63,675 bases of DNA, filler included, from Octopus bimaculoides (GCF_001194135.2; 4 parts of 4 records of this genome joined end to end with filler, not necessarily neighbours in it); one strand, 5' to 3'. Counted from the first letter of the whole stretch, positions 41,541-54,031 are shown. Notes: generated by a model from the sequence alone, not told the origin. A program made the numbers and translations.

Positions 41541-42759
41541 TTCTTTTATAGGGTTTGAAAAGAATAATATAAGGAATTCCAGATGACATTGATTAAAATG
41601 ATATAACAGTAACTAGAGCAGCAAAGTAGTGTATTAATCAGAGATAGTCATACAGTATTAAATATAAAGTATAGTTATGGAAAGTATATAGCTAGGATGC
41701 AGAAAAATTATGTAGCACACATAAGGACACAGATGATTTAATATTTTATAATATAAATATGTAATGTAAGTTAAAGCTGATATATTTTGATAGCAGATCA
41801 AATTCATCATTTGAATGTGAAATGAAATGATCACAAAAATAGGAAATTGCAAGATAGAATCATGTGATGACAATAATCCAGAGAAAAATTTAGGTTTTTA
41901 CTAGAAAGTGCAGCTAAAATAAGATAGAATATTCTTTTGTAGTAGATTTAATAAATGCACACAACAATATAGAATCTTACATTGAAGGAAGGGAAGACTG
42001 GACATTGCTTAGTGGTTGTGAAGACATAAAGGTAAAAATGTGTGTTAAGTGTGTTTAAAAAGCAAAAGCAGTAAATAGATATATATAAAATATGGGAAAG
42101 AAAATATGCCTGTAATCTAATAAAGAAAGGCCAGTGGAGTTTATAGAGGTCACTTGAAGACAAACAGTGGAGAAAACATAAAGATAATAAATAACTCAAA
42201 AGAAATGGGTAGGATCATAAAAAAATAGCACAGCATTAAAATAATCCCTAGTAAATTTATTTATTTATTTTATTTTAACCCATTGACATACTTCACTACT
42301 TAGTAGCATTTTATTTTCACTATCACTTGAAATACATTTGGTTTTGTTATTGTTATGCCTTTAGTAGAAAGGATTATTATTATCATCACTATAAGTACAA
42401 TTAAGGTCACCTTTATTCTGTTATTGTCATTGTTGTTGGTACTATTATTGTGATATTGCTTTCATTTTTGCTTTTGTATCACCACAACATGTCGCCCAGT
42501 TCTAATAAACTGATTAGTAGAGATTCACAGACATGGTTTACCTGAGAAAATGCATAAAAATCTGGCAGTATTCAATCAAATTCCACATGAGGAAGCAACA
42601 GCAAACAGCTGTTGCTGAAAAATATTTAATTATATAGTTATTCTAAAAAATAATCTTATATAATGATATATGAATGTAACTTTAAGCTGGTGTCTGGTGT
42701 GGAAACAAATGTGATTTGCTATTAAAGCCTGGTATTTTCCAGCCTCATGTTATATTATT

Positions 42760-42827
<68 letters not shown>

Positions 42828-42863
42828 AGAAAATGAGAGGACAAACAGATAAACAATTATCTT

Positions 42864-42947
42864 ATGAACTTCTTACAGCTGTTTCTGCTATGTGAGTCAT
42901 AGTCGAGTTCCTGAGTAGCACCTTATAGCTTCATCAGAGCTTCAAAT
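42864..42947 (-). ncRNA. Hammerhead-like type I motif (variant)
   Basis: Minus strand reads CTGATGA-A-GCTAT...ATAGC-A-GAAAC, palindromic helix III ACAGCTGT, triplet GUA. Helix I is ct/ag plus tgaa/ttca around an internal loop. Confidence 0.5.
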
Positions 42948-43699
42948 ATGAAGTGTTATTTATTTGAGAAAAACAATTACACTCATACTTGGTACTACTG
43001 TTTAAAAGGGTGAACATCAGTCCAATGAAGCCGATTGTCCATAGGTACCAACACTAAGGTTAGGTTACGTTAGGAGTGGCTAATATCAACAATTACATTA
43101 CGAAAGACAGAGGAATAAATACAGTACTGTACTTTTAATCAAGCACACTACCCAATTTAACAGTGTAAAGTACCTGTATGCTGTAAATATACTCTATAAT
43201 TCAACATCTTTAATTTAAAATCCAACTTTCCATGGATAGTGAAGAGGTGTTGTTGATATGCTTTGATTTTGTCTGCTACTTCCAAAATTCATTAAAGAGA
43301 CGTCCATAGTACTGAGGTATGAGTGTCCATTTATGCATATATACAAGAAAGCATTACCAATAAGAAAACATGTATGTAGGTAATGAAATCCAGAAGCTCC
43401 TCCCATAATTAGAATAAGATTAATGTTAAAGTACATAGAAGGATAGTTAGATGTTGGGAAACAGTAACTAAATCTATCAGAAAAATATATGTATACATAT
43501 ACATGCAAAAAAGATATACCAATAGAGACACACATATATCAGCATGCATATATATACACACGGACATGGATACAAACAGACATATACAGTCTACTGACTG
43601 TGATTTTTGCTTTTGTTAATATGTTGTCTACTCCTTTATTGATCTTTGAAATAGACAAAATATTAGCACCCCAAATAATTGAACTGGTGGAGACTCTTC

Positions 43700-45110
43700 A
43701 ATTCTGTCTCACTGATGGGGATGTAAAGAGGATGTTAATCTTCCTGGGGTGGAGGATGACAACTTCTGCCCTATCCCTGGCAAACATTAACACACCAAAT
43801 ATGCTTGATCTGTTCCTCACCTCTAAACTCAACCTTTATCCAACCATCACCATTTCTGTACCCAGGGGATCATTCTGTCACCACCTAACTGAGATAACAT
43901 GCTAAGTACTTCAAGTCACTACACTTGCTGGAACTTTACCAGTTCTAAACTGATAATTCTGACACAATTACATTTCACCTCTGACCTATTTGAGGCAATA
44001 AGCAATGACTGACATCCTTCTTGACACTCACTTCCCACATTCAAGCAGAAAACCCTAAAGTGGCTTATAGATAAGGAACAATGTCTAAAAAAAAAAAAGC
44101 CTCACAACATCACACCTGGAACTAATAAAAAAATTTGTGCCCCTTTACACTTGCACTCAGGTTGACTGTTTTCTCATCTTTCTTGCTATGCCACTGTTTC
44201 AACAATCCCGTTCTTCATCAGCTTTATCTTTCATTTTCTTGGAGATTTTTACGGGTCACTCCCTAATGGACCCCTACCATTGAGAATGTAAGTAAAAAGG
44301 AAAAAAACAGAAAAATATTGTTACACTTGACATCAACAAAGCCTCTCTTTGACTGTGTCTATCATAAGAACCTTCAAAATAACTTGCCTGGCTGTGACCT
44401 ACTTCAGTTTGTCATTTCTCATCAGATTGCAACATTGCTGCATATGCTGATAGACCTCTCTGCAATAAACACACTATCCACTCTGGTGTACTCCAAGACT
44501 CAGTAATATTTCCCAAACTCTTCCTTCTGTATATTAATGACTTACTTACTGTCACTTCTAAAGACTTAGATTTGTCATCAGATGATTATACTCTTTACAC
44601 ACCTAAAAGTATGTAAAGAGTGTTATTGCTCTTTATACATTTTTAGGATGGTGTAAAGAATAATATAATCTTTACACACAACCTAAATACTTGACACCAG
44701 ATATATTTAACATCACGGACAATGAGGAAGTAACAACCTTTTATCTTGTGCAGTAGCATGACACAGTCACAACACATAGTAAAGGAAACAAACTTTCCTT
44801 TCTCCTCCTTAATCAATATAAACAATATATGATCTCTTAAGTGGCTTCAAAGGCTTGGTCTTACAAGGAACTAGGATCTCTTTAGTTCCAGGAAATCCTA
44901 AAACTCTGATTGATTGTTGAACTTCTATAAAGCTTAGATTGGACTCTTGCTTCAATGTGTGCGGTTCTGTTGCTGCTGTTACACAAACCAGCATCTCAGA
45001 CTGTATCTAAAGAAGCACATTTGATTGGCTGACAATGATTTACTTACCAAACACACTATAATCAGAAGCTCACAAATGCTCTTGTAACTTCATTAGAAGG
45101 GTTATGAATC
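43700..45110 (+). mobile_element. Decayed APE-type LINE (CR1/L2/Jockey group): endonuclease end plus RT
   Basis: Translations include NMLDLFLTS...PRGSFCHH (LDL...GSSDH), LTSTKPLFDCVYHKNL (LDISKAFDRVWH) and SGVLQDSVIFPKLFLLYINDLL...SSDDYT (GVPQGS...YADD). Boundaries are approximate. Confidence 0.8.
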
Positions 45111-45390
45111 ATCATCCTCATCATCATTTAACAGCTGCCTTCCATGCTGGTACGGGTTGGATGGTTTGACAGGAGCCAGCCAGGTACTGTGTCTGTTTTG
45201 GCATAGTTTTTATGGCTAAATGCCCTTCCTAACAGAGTAGACTGAGTGCCTTTGATGTGGTACTAGCACAGGCATGTTTTTTACAGCTGGATGCCCTTCC
45301 AAATGGTAGCCACTTCACAGTGTGGACTGGATGCTTTTTAGATGGCGCCAGCACCAGCAGGGTGATGAAGTAACTTGCAAGACAAGAAAT
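45111..45390 (-). mobile_element. RTE-tailed SINE/LINE 3' fragment with (GAT)n tail
   Basis: 'catcatcatttaacagctgccttccatgctgg...ggatgcccttcc' is shared with 57815, 60278 and 51049. Confidence 0.75.
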
Positions 45391-47677
45391 TTTGAAAGGG
45401 GAAGTGATCTTGTGTCAAATGAGGAACAATTTTATATATATATATATATATACATATATATGAAAAATAGAAATATTTTTTCTAAATCTCTCAAAGAGAG
45501 ACATTCAGTAACAGTTCTTTAAAGTAAAGGCTGTTTGCCAACATAATGTGGCTGTCCTGAAAGGGACGAAGTTACTGTTGTTTTAACCCGAAGAAACATT
45601 GCTTCTAGCTGACTATACGACACATTATCTGTGACCTTATATTTTTAAACAGGGAGCTCAGGACTCCTGCTTTGGATGGAAATAAAAAATACTAAGAGAC
45701 GAAGCACAAGACTACATATCTTTTGCAGGTGGAAAAGAAAGAAAAGTGAAATAATAGTTGAGTTAACCATCCCCCTTTCCCCCAGTAGTTGACTGGTACT
45801 TGATATATTCTTCAACCTCGGCAGGATTTGCATGAAAAATGTAAAGAAAGGAGGACAACCATATGACACAAAGCATTTTGGCTGCCTCATGGTTACTGAT
45901 CCTGCACCATCCACAGTTATTTGGATGAATGGAAATAAACAAATGAATGAATAAATAATGATTTCTTTTATTTGTCACAGGGACATCAACTGAGAAGGCC
46001 ATTAAAAGGTCAATTTACAATTTTTGTGCATGCGGGTGTGTGTGTGTGTATGCGAGGGGTTACATAACGACTGAGAGGAAGAAAGGAAGAGGACAGGAGA
46101 AATGAGATAAAAAGAGTACATCTTTTATCTGTTACTTGTTTCAGTTGACTGCAGCCATGCTGGGGCATTCCCGAAGAATCTTTTGTTGAACGAATCAAGC
46201 CCAGCATTTCTTTGGTTGGATTGGTTTAAGCTGCATGTTTTTCCCCATATGAAGCCAAATCCATTTTAGGTTTTTGATGAAACTATTTATTTATACATAA
46301 ACTTTACAATAGTACAATGGTTATTTGCCAGGGGCTGTATCACTGATTACCAATAGATAGTCATAAGATATATGCTGTGTTTTAACTAAGAGTCAGATAC
46401 AGTTACTTATTCCTATTGTGAGAGGCAGGAAAATTATATGTTCATGATGGACAAATGATTCCTTTTAACTCGAAGAAACTTGTCTCCTCATAGACCTCTG
46501 ATCCCTCTCTCAAGTGGTTGTGACACACATCTTGATTTATAGAAATTTTTTGGTGGAAAATATATGGAAATTTCCACCTGAAATTGAATGATTGCAGCTG
46601 GATTACCATAGGTTGACAATTAGGCCAGCATCACCCAATATGTTGTTGCCTATTTCTCATTACAGAACTAATGTGATTTCAATTCTAAACCTTGCTACAC
46701 TCTATTTTCTCTCTATATCTTTTCTATTGTTACTATGACAGCCTGTCACTCTTCTAAAATAGCTAACTCCTCCCACCCTTCCTCTTTACTCTCACAGTTT
46801 CGCTTCCCAAGCTCATCATTAAATGCCCCTTCTCTAACAAACATATGAAAAAGATATATAAAACTGTTGTGTCGACGCCCCCAGGCGAAGAAGTAGGATC
46901 TCCCAAGACATATAAATAGAGGTAGTCTGGCCATGGTAGAAGTGTTGAGTAGCAGTCGAGTAGCAGTTGTGTAGTGGTTGAGTAGAGATCATCCGAAGGT
47001 GCTAGGTAGCAGTAGCTTGAGACATAACAAAAACAAAGGTAATGACTGTTAACACAAGACAGTCAAAAGCTTTTTATTGAAAAACTGACATACAAACATC
47101 AATGTACATGGTCACATGGTCTAGTAATTAAAGTATTGAGCTCAAAATTGCAAGGTCATCAGTTATATTCCACACTGGGCAAAACCTTCATTTCAATTGT
47201 TCCAGTTCACTCAGTGGAAAAGAAGTACCAGCAACAGTAGTAGCAGCAGCAACAATGGGTTAACCTTATGACAGACTGTAGGGAGTGTTGTACTTTCTGT
47301 TACTTAACACCTCAGAAACTGGGTTTAGCTCTAGTCTTCTCAATGAGCATGTAAGCCTGATGCAGACTTTAGCTTCTTTTTTAACAGGTGAGAAACGCTT
47401 TAGTTCAATTCAATTTTACTCAGTTTTTACTCAGTTTAACTTTCAGTTTTAACCATTTCACTTCATTATTTCCTCTGGTTGTTGTACAATCTGATTTGTC
47501 CACTTTTAATCATTTACTACTTTTGGACAGAAAGGGAAAAAAATAAACTAGAAAAAGGGATTAAATAGGTCTACTTTAATGATGATTTCTTTTGAATCTA
47601 TAGGAATCTATAGGAAAGAGATCATAAACAGAAAAGTCAGCTTATTTCAACCTCTACAACTTGGTTAACAATAATGG

Positions 47678-47938
47678 TTTCAAATTTTGGCACAAGGCCA
47701 GCAATTTCATGAGGATAAGTTGATTACATTGACCCCCAAAACTCAACTGGTACTTATTTTATTGACTCCGAAAGGATGAAAGGCAAAGATGACCACAGAG
47801 GAATTTGAACTCAGAATATAAAAACGGATAAAATTTTGCTGAACATTTTACTCAATGTGCTAATGACAAAAAAAAAATGTTTAGTAACATTTTGTCTTTA
47901 CATTCTGAGTTCAAATTCTGCCGAGGTCAACTTTGCCT
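47678..47938. mobile_element. Two opposed SINE fragments (47678-47867 minus; 47879-47938 plus), CpG-decayed
   Basis: 'ggatgaaaggcaaagatgaccacagaggaatttgaactcag' and 'ctgagttcaaattctgccgaggtcaactttgcc'. Confidence 0.82.
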
Positions 47939-48289
47939 CAATAAAAGTAATAAAGTTCAATTGATAGTTTGCTATGAGGAATGAAAAATCCAACAACTTG
48001 GACACAGATCTTTTGGAGGGATGTATATGTTGCCATTAACACCAGTTGGGAAAGCAAAAGAAATAAGAAAGACTGATGTGGCAAGAGAGAACTGTAGAAG
48101 AAAAGACAGTGTGAGTGGGGTGGGGAATGGTGTGAGGAAGTAAAGTGAAGAGGAAAGGTGATGAAAGGGAGGGGATGGGAGAATGAAGTCAAGAAAATTA
48201 TTAGATTTTGGGAGAGATGAAAGACGAAGAGGATGAAATAATGGTTTCATTATTGGCAGAAGGCCTGCAGTTTTAGGGAAGGGAGTAAG

Positions 48290-48455
48290 TTGATTCCACC
48301 AATTCCAATGCTTACAGTTATCTTGTTTTATCAACCATGAAATGATGAAAAGTAAAGTCTGACTTCATCGAAATTTGAGCTGAGAATGTAAAGAGCCAGA
48401 AGAAATGCCTCAAAGCATTTCCGTGCTAATGATTATGCTAGTCCACTGCCTCAAA
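48290..48455 (-). mobile_element. Degenerate SINE (Meta-like core)
   Basis: 'atgatgaaaagtaaagtctgacttcatcgaaatttgagctgagaatg...ctaatgattatgctagtccactgcct'. Confidence 0.7.
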
Positions 48456-49059
48456 GAGTGAAATAAGGAAAGACAAATGGTGTTCATGGATTCGTATCTG
48501 AGGTGAGGGATTATATACATAAACAAATGCACATATATGTAAGAAACCGTTTCTTGGATTGTTAACCAATAATTGAAACCTTAGCCTAGATTTTCCTACA
48601 AAATCCCTCATGTTGGGGTCACCAAATACAAGTTATGTTACTATTAAATTACCCAAACTCTGTAAGACAAAGTAATGATATTGCATACAGTTTTTATTTG
48701 CATCTAGGGCCAGTATACAAGGCTATAATAGTAGTCAGCAGTTTAGTGGTATAAGCAAAAAAAAGATGAAGCTCGTGCACCCTTAGATGTGTGTCAGTTA
48801 GGAAAAGCTGCTTCCTTGAGAGTGAAGACATACAACATGTAGAAGTAAAAAATACTGACTGTTGGTGTTGTCTGAGGGTTCCTATTTATACCTATTGGAA
48901 AAGCTTAATGTATGTCAGAGAACAAAGGAAAGTATATGTCTTATCTATGATAACCTCCGAATGACTGAAGAATTCTAGCTCAAACAAAGGAACCAAAATA
49001 AGTTTGACAGATGTCCTCATACATTTCCAAGTACTAATGCCAAAAACAAAGGAAAGGAT

Positions 49060-49525
49060 CAATTGCAGCAGGGAAGGTGTTTATAAGCCATTTAAAAACG
49101 TATAAAAACCATTAGGTTCACATCAATATTTGAATTTAATTTGCCAAAATATTTTCGTCGCTTTGAGACCACTACCTGTTCACTGACAAAATTTCGTGCT
49201 GCATCTAAGAAAGTAACAGTTAGTTCATGATATATATGTATGTACATATGTATGTATGTATGTAAGTACGTGTGTATGTGTACATGTTTGTGCTTATGCA
49301 TATGCGTACATACATACATACATACATATGTGCATACATACATGCATACATACATACATACGTACATATATATCATGAACTAACTGTAACTGTCTCAGGT
49401 GCAGCACAAAATTTTGTCAGTGAACAGGTCTTGGTCTCAAAGCAATGGAAATATTTTGGCAAATTAAATTTAACGATTTTTGTGTGTTTTTAAATGGCTT
49501 ATAAACACCTCCCATGCTGCAATTG
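49060..49525. repeat. 466-bp quasi-palindrome (fold-back/MITE-like) with a (TATG)n/(CATA)n centre
   Basis: 'caattgcagca..ggtgtttataagccatttaaaaac...atattttcgtcgctttgagacc..cctgttcactgacaaaatt' is mirrored at 49380-49525, with one indel of about 20-25 bp. Confidence 0.88.
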
Positions 49526-49951
49526 TTTTTGTTTCAGCAAACGATCTCAGATCAGGTCACTTGCTATGCAAGTACATCCCCGTAAAAAGGAAAGGATCTT
49601 GTGGGAAAATTTAAACTAGAGTTTCAATTCTTGGTTAACAGTCCAAAAAACGATTTCTTACACATATATTCTCATTATCATCAAACAAGTTTTTGTTTTC
49701 TCTCTCCAACTAAATGGGAGATTTCAACAAATTGACAATTTTTTCACATGCATCATAATGTCTACAATACTCAACTTATTTGTCTAAATCCATGCCATTA
49801 GTGCACTTCCGTTATTTATCTTACTTCATTTTATTTATTAATTTCTTTTTAATTATGAAATACAAAATACAGCAAACCATTAGTGTCTGTATATGGCCAG
49901 GTATTGCTTTGATAGAGGACTTTTAATCTGTCCAGACTCTGCAAATATTGT

Positions 49952-50362
49952 TTTCAAATTTTGGCACAAGGCCAGCAAGTTTGAGAGATGGGGAGAGTCA
50001 AGGACATCAACCCCAGTGCTCGACTGGTACTTATTTTATCGATTCTGAAAGGATGAAAGGCAGAGTTAGCCTTGGCGGAATTTGAACTTAGAACATAATG
50101 ACAGACGAATTGCCACTAAGCACTTTGCCTGGCATGCTAACAATTCTCCAAGCTCACCCACCTTAGACTCTGCACTTTTGGGGGATGGGGTAAGTCATTT
50201 ACATCGACCTCATTGTTCAACTAGCACTTATTTTATCGACCCTGAAAAGTTGAAAGGCAAAGTTGACCTCACCAGAATTTAAACTTAGAACATAAGGATG
50301 GACGGAATGCTGCTAAGCATTTAACCTAGCCTGCTAATGATTCTGCCAGCTCACTGCCTTAG
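49952..50362 (-). mobile_element. Two tandem SINE copies (Meta-like core), CpG-decayed
   Basis: 'aaggatgaaaggcagagttagccttggcggaatttgaac' and 'aagttgaaaggcaaagttgacctcaccagaatttaaac'. Confidence 0.85.
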
Positions 50363-51048
50363 ACTGTTCTAATATTAGTCACAGACTAACCAATATCACA
50401 CAAATCTCTGTTGTTTACATAATTCATGTGACCAACGCTGCATGAGTCATGGAAATGGCAATCCTTGCCAGTATATGCACATGAAGCAATGCAACAGTCA
50501 GTCAACAACTTCAAGATCACCTTGGTCTCACCACAACCACTGCTGCCACCACCACCACCACCACCACCACCACTGTTGCTACCACCGTTATATACTTAAA
50601 TCTGATTTTTCTATACTGATATGGGTTTTACAGGTTTGTTGCACTTCCTCGTCATCTCACTCAAAATATAAGGAATATGCCCAATCTCTGTCATTGTATA
50701 TATATTTCTTTTGCATAGTTTTTGCTGCTCGATGCCTTTTCATTCCTAACTTCATCATAGCATGGACCAAGTGCTACTGGTTCTGGAGGTGCTGTTTGTG
50801 AATACTAAAAAGACCCCTCTACTCTGTATAATATGATTCAGAGTTCCTGCTCTCCTAGACAAGTTGCCTTAAATGCAGCTTGGAGATTCCTCATTGTCTC
50901 TCAACTTCATGATTCAAATCATATATTTGTACCATATATTTGTGTAGTTTTCAATCGCGTAGCCCCAGTTACAAATTCAATGCAATTATGCATACATTAT
51001 ATTACATGGAAAAATGCAAGCATGGAAAGTAATATTCTTAAGATGACT

Positions 51049-51330
51049 GCAGCAGGCTCCAATCTGATCTGGCAGAGTTTCTACAGCTGGATGCCCTTCC
51101 TAATGCCAGCCACCCCGAGAGTGAAGCACCCACTACACTCTCGGAGTGGTTGGTGTTAGGAAGGGCATCCAGCTATAGAAACTCTGCCAGATCAGATTGG
51201 AGCCTGGTGCAGCCATCTGNNNNNNNNNNTCTGCCAGATCAGATTGGAGCCTGGTGCAGCCATCTGGTTCGCCAGTCCTCAGTCAAATCATCCAACCCAT
51301 GCTAGTGTGGAAAGCGGACGTTAAATGATG
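51049..51330. mobile_element. Inverted pair of RTE-tailed SINE fragments forming a 75-bp stem with a 12-nt loop, plus tail
   Basis: 51049-51123 is the reverse complement of 51136-51210. The tail 'gcggacgttaaatgatg' follows after a small gap. Confidence 0.85.
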
Positions 51331-51471
51331 TAAACCTGGAAAAGTACAGGTAATATGTATATATATCATCGGCAGAAGTTAGAGAGTAAATCAAAAGCTG
51401 AGAGTTTCATGTATTGGCATTTATCAAACACGAATTTGTCCATTATCACTCTGTAACTTCTGACGAAATAA

Positions 51472-51798
51472 CTTCTTAGATACAAAATTTTGTCAAAAAT
51501 GTTAAGAGTAAACCCTGTTCTATGTCACACATCCTACCAGTATCGGAAGTTTGAAAGTGTTTAGTTAAAAAAAAATTAACTAAATAATTTTTACGTCTAA
51601 TTGAACAAATCCGAAATGGATGAAAGGCAAAGTCAACCTTGGCAGAATTTAAACTCAAAACGTAAAGACAGGTGAAATACTGCTTCTAAAATACAAAATT
51701 TTGTCAAAATCGTTAAGAGTAAAACCTGTTCTATGTGACACATTCTACCAGTATAGGAAGTTTCAAAGTGTTTAGTTAAAAAAAATTAATTAAATAAT
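51472..51798. repeat. Two ~116-bp direct repeats (51472-51588, 51683-51798), each followed by a SINE head fragment
   Basis: 'tacaaaattttgtcaaaa..gttaagagtaaa.cctgttctatgt.acacat.ctaccagtat.ggaagttt.aaagtgtttagttaaaaaaa' occurs twice. Confidence 0.88.
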
Positions 51799-53227
51799 CT
51801 GTATGTCACAGTCTACATTGGTGAAATTTGAACTCAAAACATAGAGACAGACGATATACTGTTAAGCATTTCACCCTGCACGCTAATGTTTTTGCCAACT
51901 CGTCACCTTAGAAAGTAAACATTCATTTTAGAAATATATTCTTTATTCTTATTGCCTGAGCGTTACTCCCTTACTTCCTTACTTACTGACATAAAATCTT
52001 ATAACATTTTACCTCATAACTCTTTTTCTACTAATTTTTGTTCAATGCGACTAGCGATTCTGAATTCCTCATGCATTTTTCTATCATTTAAGCCTAAGGA
52101 AAGTATACTTTTAATTTATAATTAAAAAATTTGTTAATTGAAGTTGAATATCTGCTTTACTGCCCCCCTTGAGGTCACAGATATTTTGATGTAACTTTTT
52201 TTCTACTGAACCAAATCTCAAACTATTTATGCCAAAGTGTAGCTGAGGAGGTGTCCTCTTTAAAGCTATTAACAGTTTGCAATTTAGTTGAGAACTNNNN
52301 NNNNNNNNNNNNNNNNNNNNNNNNNNNNNNNNNNNNNNNNNNNNNNNNNNNNNNNNNNNNNNNNNNNNNNNNNNNNNNNNNNNNNNNNNNNNNNNNNNNN
52401 NNNNNNNNNNNNNNNNNNNNNNNNNNNNNNNNNNNNNNNNNNNNNNNNNNNNNNNNNNNNNNNNNNNNNNNNNNNNNNNNNNNNNNNNNNNNNNNNNNNN
52501 NNNNNNNNNNNNNNNNNNNNNNNNNNNNNNNNNNNNNNNNNNNNNNNNNNNNNNNNNNNNNNNNNNNNNNNNNNNNNNNNNNNNNNNNNNNNNNNNNNNN
52601 NNNNNNNNNNNNNNNNNNNNNNNNNNNNNNNNNNNNNNNNNNNNNNNNNNNNNNNNNNNNNNNNNNNNNNNNNNNNNNNNNNNNNNNNNNNNNNNNNNNN
52701 NNNNNNNNNNNNNNNNNNNNNNNNNNNNNNNNNNNNNNNNNNNNNNNNNNNNNNNNNNNNNNNNNNNNNNNNNNNNNNNNNNNNNNNNNNNNNNNNNNNN
52801 NNNNNNNNNNNNNNNNNNNNNNNNNNNNNNNNNNNNNNNNNNNNNNNNNNNNNNNNNNNNNNNNNNNNNNNNNNNNNNNNNNNNNNNNNNNNNNNNNNNN
52901 NNNNNNNNNNNNNNNNNNNNNNNNNNNNNNNNNNNNNNNNNNNNNNNNNNNNNNNNNNNNNNNNNNNNNNNNNNNNNNNNNNNNNNNNNNNNNNNNNNNN
53001 NNNNNNNNNNNNNNNNNNNNNNNNNNNNNNNNNNNNNNNNNNNNNNNNNNNNNNNNNNNNNNNNNNNNNNNNNNNNNNNNNNNNNNNNNNNNNNNNNNNN
53101 NNNNNNNNNNNNNNNNNNNNNNNNNNNNNNNNNNNNNNNNNNNNNNNNNNNNNNNNNNNNNNNNNNNNNNNNNNNNNNNNNNNNNNNNNNNNNNNNNNNN
53201 NNNNNNNNNNNNNNNNNNNNNNNNNNG

Positions 53228-53420
53228 CACAAGAAGAAAAATGACCATGTTTGGTTTCAAAACAAAAGGTGTTCTTCCATCAGGATAATGCTCAGCCACA
53301 CACAGCAAGGATGACATTCCAAAGGCTGGGCAGTTTGAATGGGAAACGATGCCCCACCCACCATATTTGCCTCATCTAATTATCATTTATTCCAGTCTTC
53401 AAAATCATTTGGATGGAAAA
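53228..53420 (+). mobile_element. mariner transposase fragment (catalytic region)
   Basis: Translations include FFHQDNAQPHTARMT, WETMPHPPY and NYHLFQSLQNHLDGK (approximate, frameshifted). Confidence 0.85.
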
Positions 53421-53726
53421 AATATGAATTCTGTATTACTCCACTATTAATCCTATTCTTCTAAATAAGGCCTTAATTTTTGCTATGTGGAGTTCAAGTT
53501 TGTCTAGATCAGAGATAGAAATTATATTTAGCCACAAGAGAAAGTATGGTAGGTTTTGATGGGAATCTTTTGAGTAGATCAGAAGTAGATTCCTTCTATG
53601 CAGCAATAAGATCTAGTGACTCTGCACAAGTCATGGATTTATTCAGGGTATACAACCCAAATTGAACCCTGGTTTCCTAAAATGGGAGGTGGTCTATATA
53701 GAGATGATGCTCTCTTCATAATAGAT

Positions 53727-54031
53727 CGTGGGGATGAGATGAACCAGAAGGAAAGGGCTGTGATGTCAATGGCCGAGGGGCCTCACTGGAACAGGAAAGA
53801 CAAAAGAGGAAGTAAGGGAAACAAGACCAGGGTCATGCTCCTTTGGCCTGGGGCAGTAGTGGTGAATGGATGCAAGTGGACAAACGAGCAAGCGGGAATT
53901 GGTAGTAGCAGCTGCTTATGTTAGGTAAGATGCATAGGGTATGTGTTTGGACTTAACACAGCTGTACAGCCAACAATGAGAGATAGGTGAACCATATTTT
54001 ATTCCCTGCTTTACAGTTCCCTCATACCATA
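53727..54031 (+). repeat. 5' LTR (305 bp)
   Basis: Ungapped alignment to the 3' LTR gives 56 mismatches in 305 bp by manual count. Termini are CG..TA (decayed TG..CA). Confidence 0.95.

Noticed and set aside
45981-46008. 28-nt microexon candidate after a strong acceptor
   Set aside because: The donor (GTCAAT) is weak, the length is not a multiple of 3, and there are no supporting neighbouring exons.
50442-50801. His-rich 119-aa ORF
   Set aside because: It is driven by a (CAC)n repeat, and the rest has no recognisable domain.
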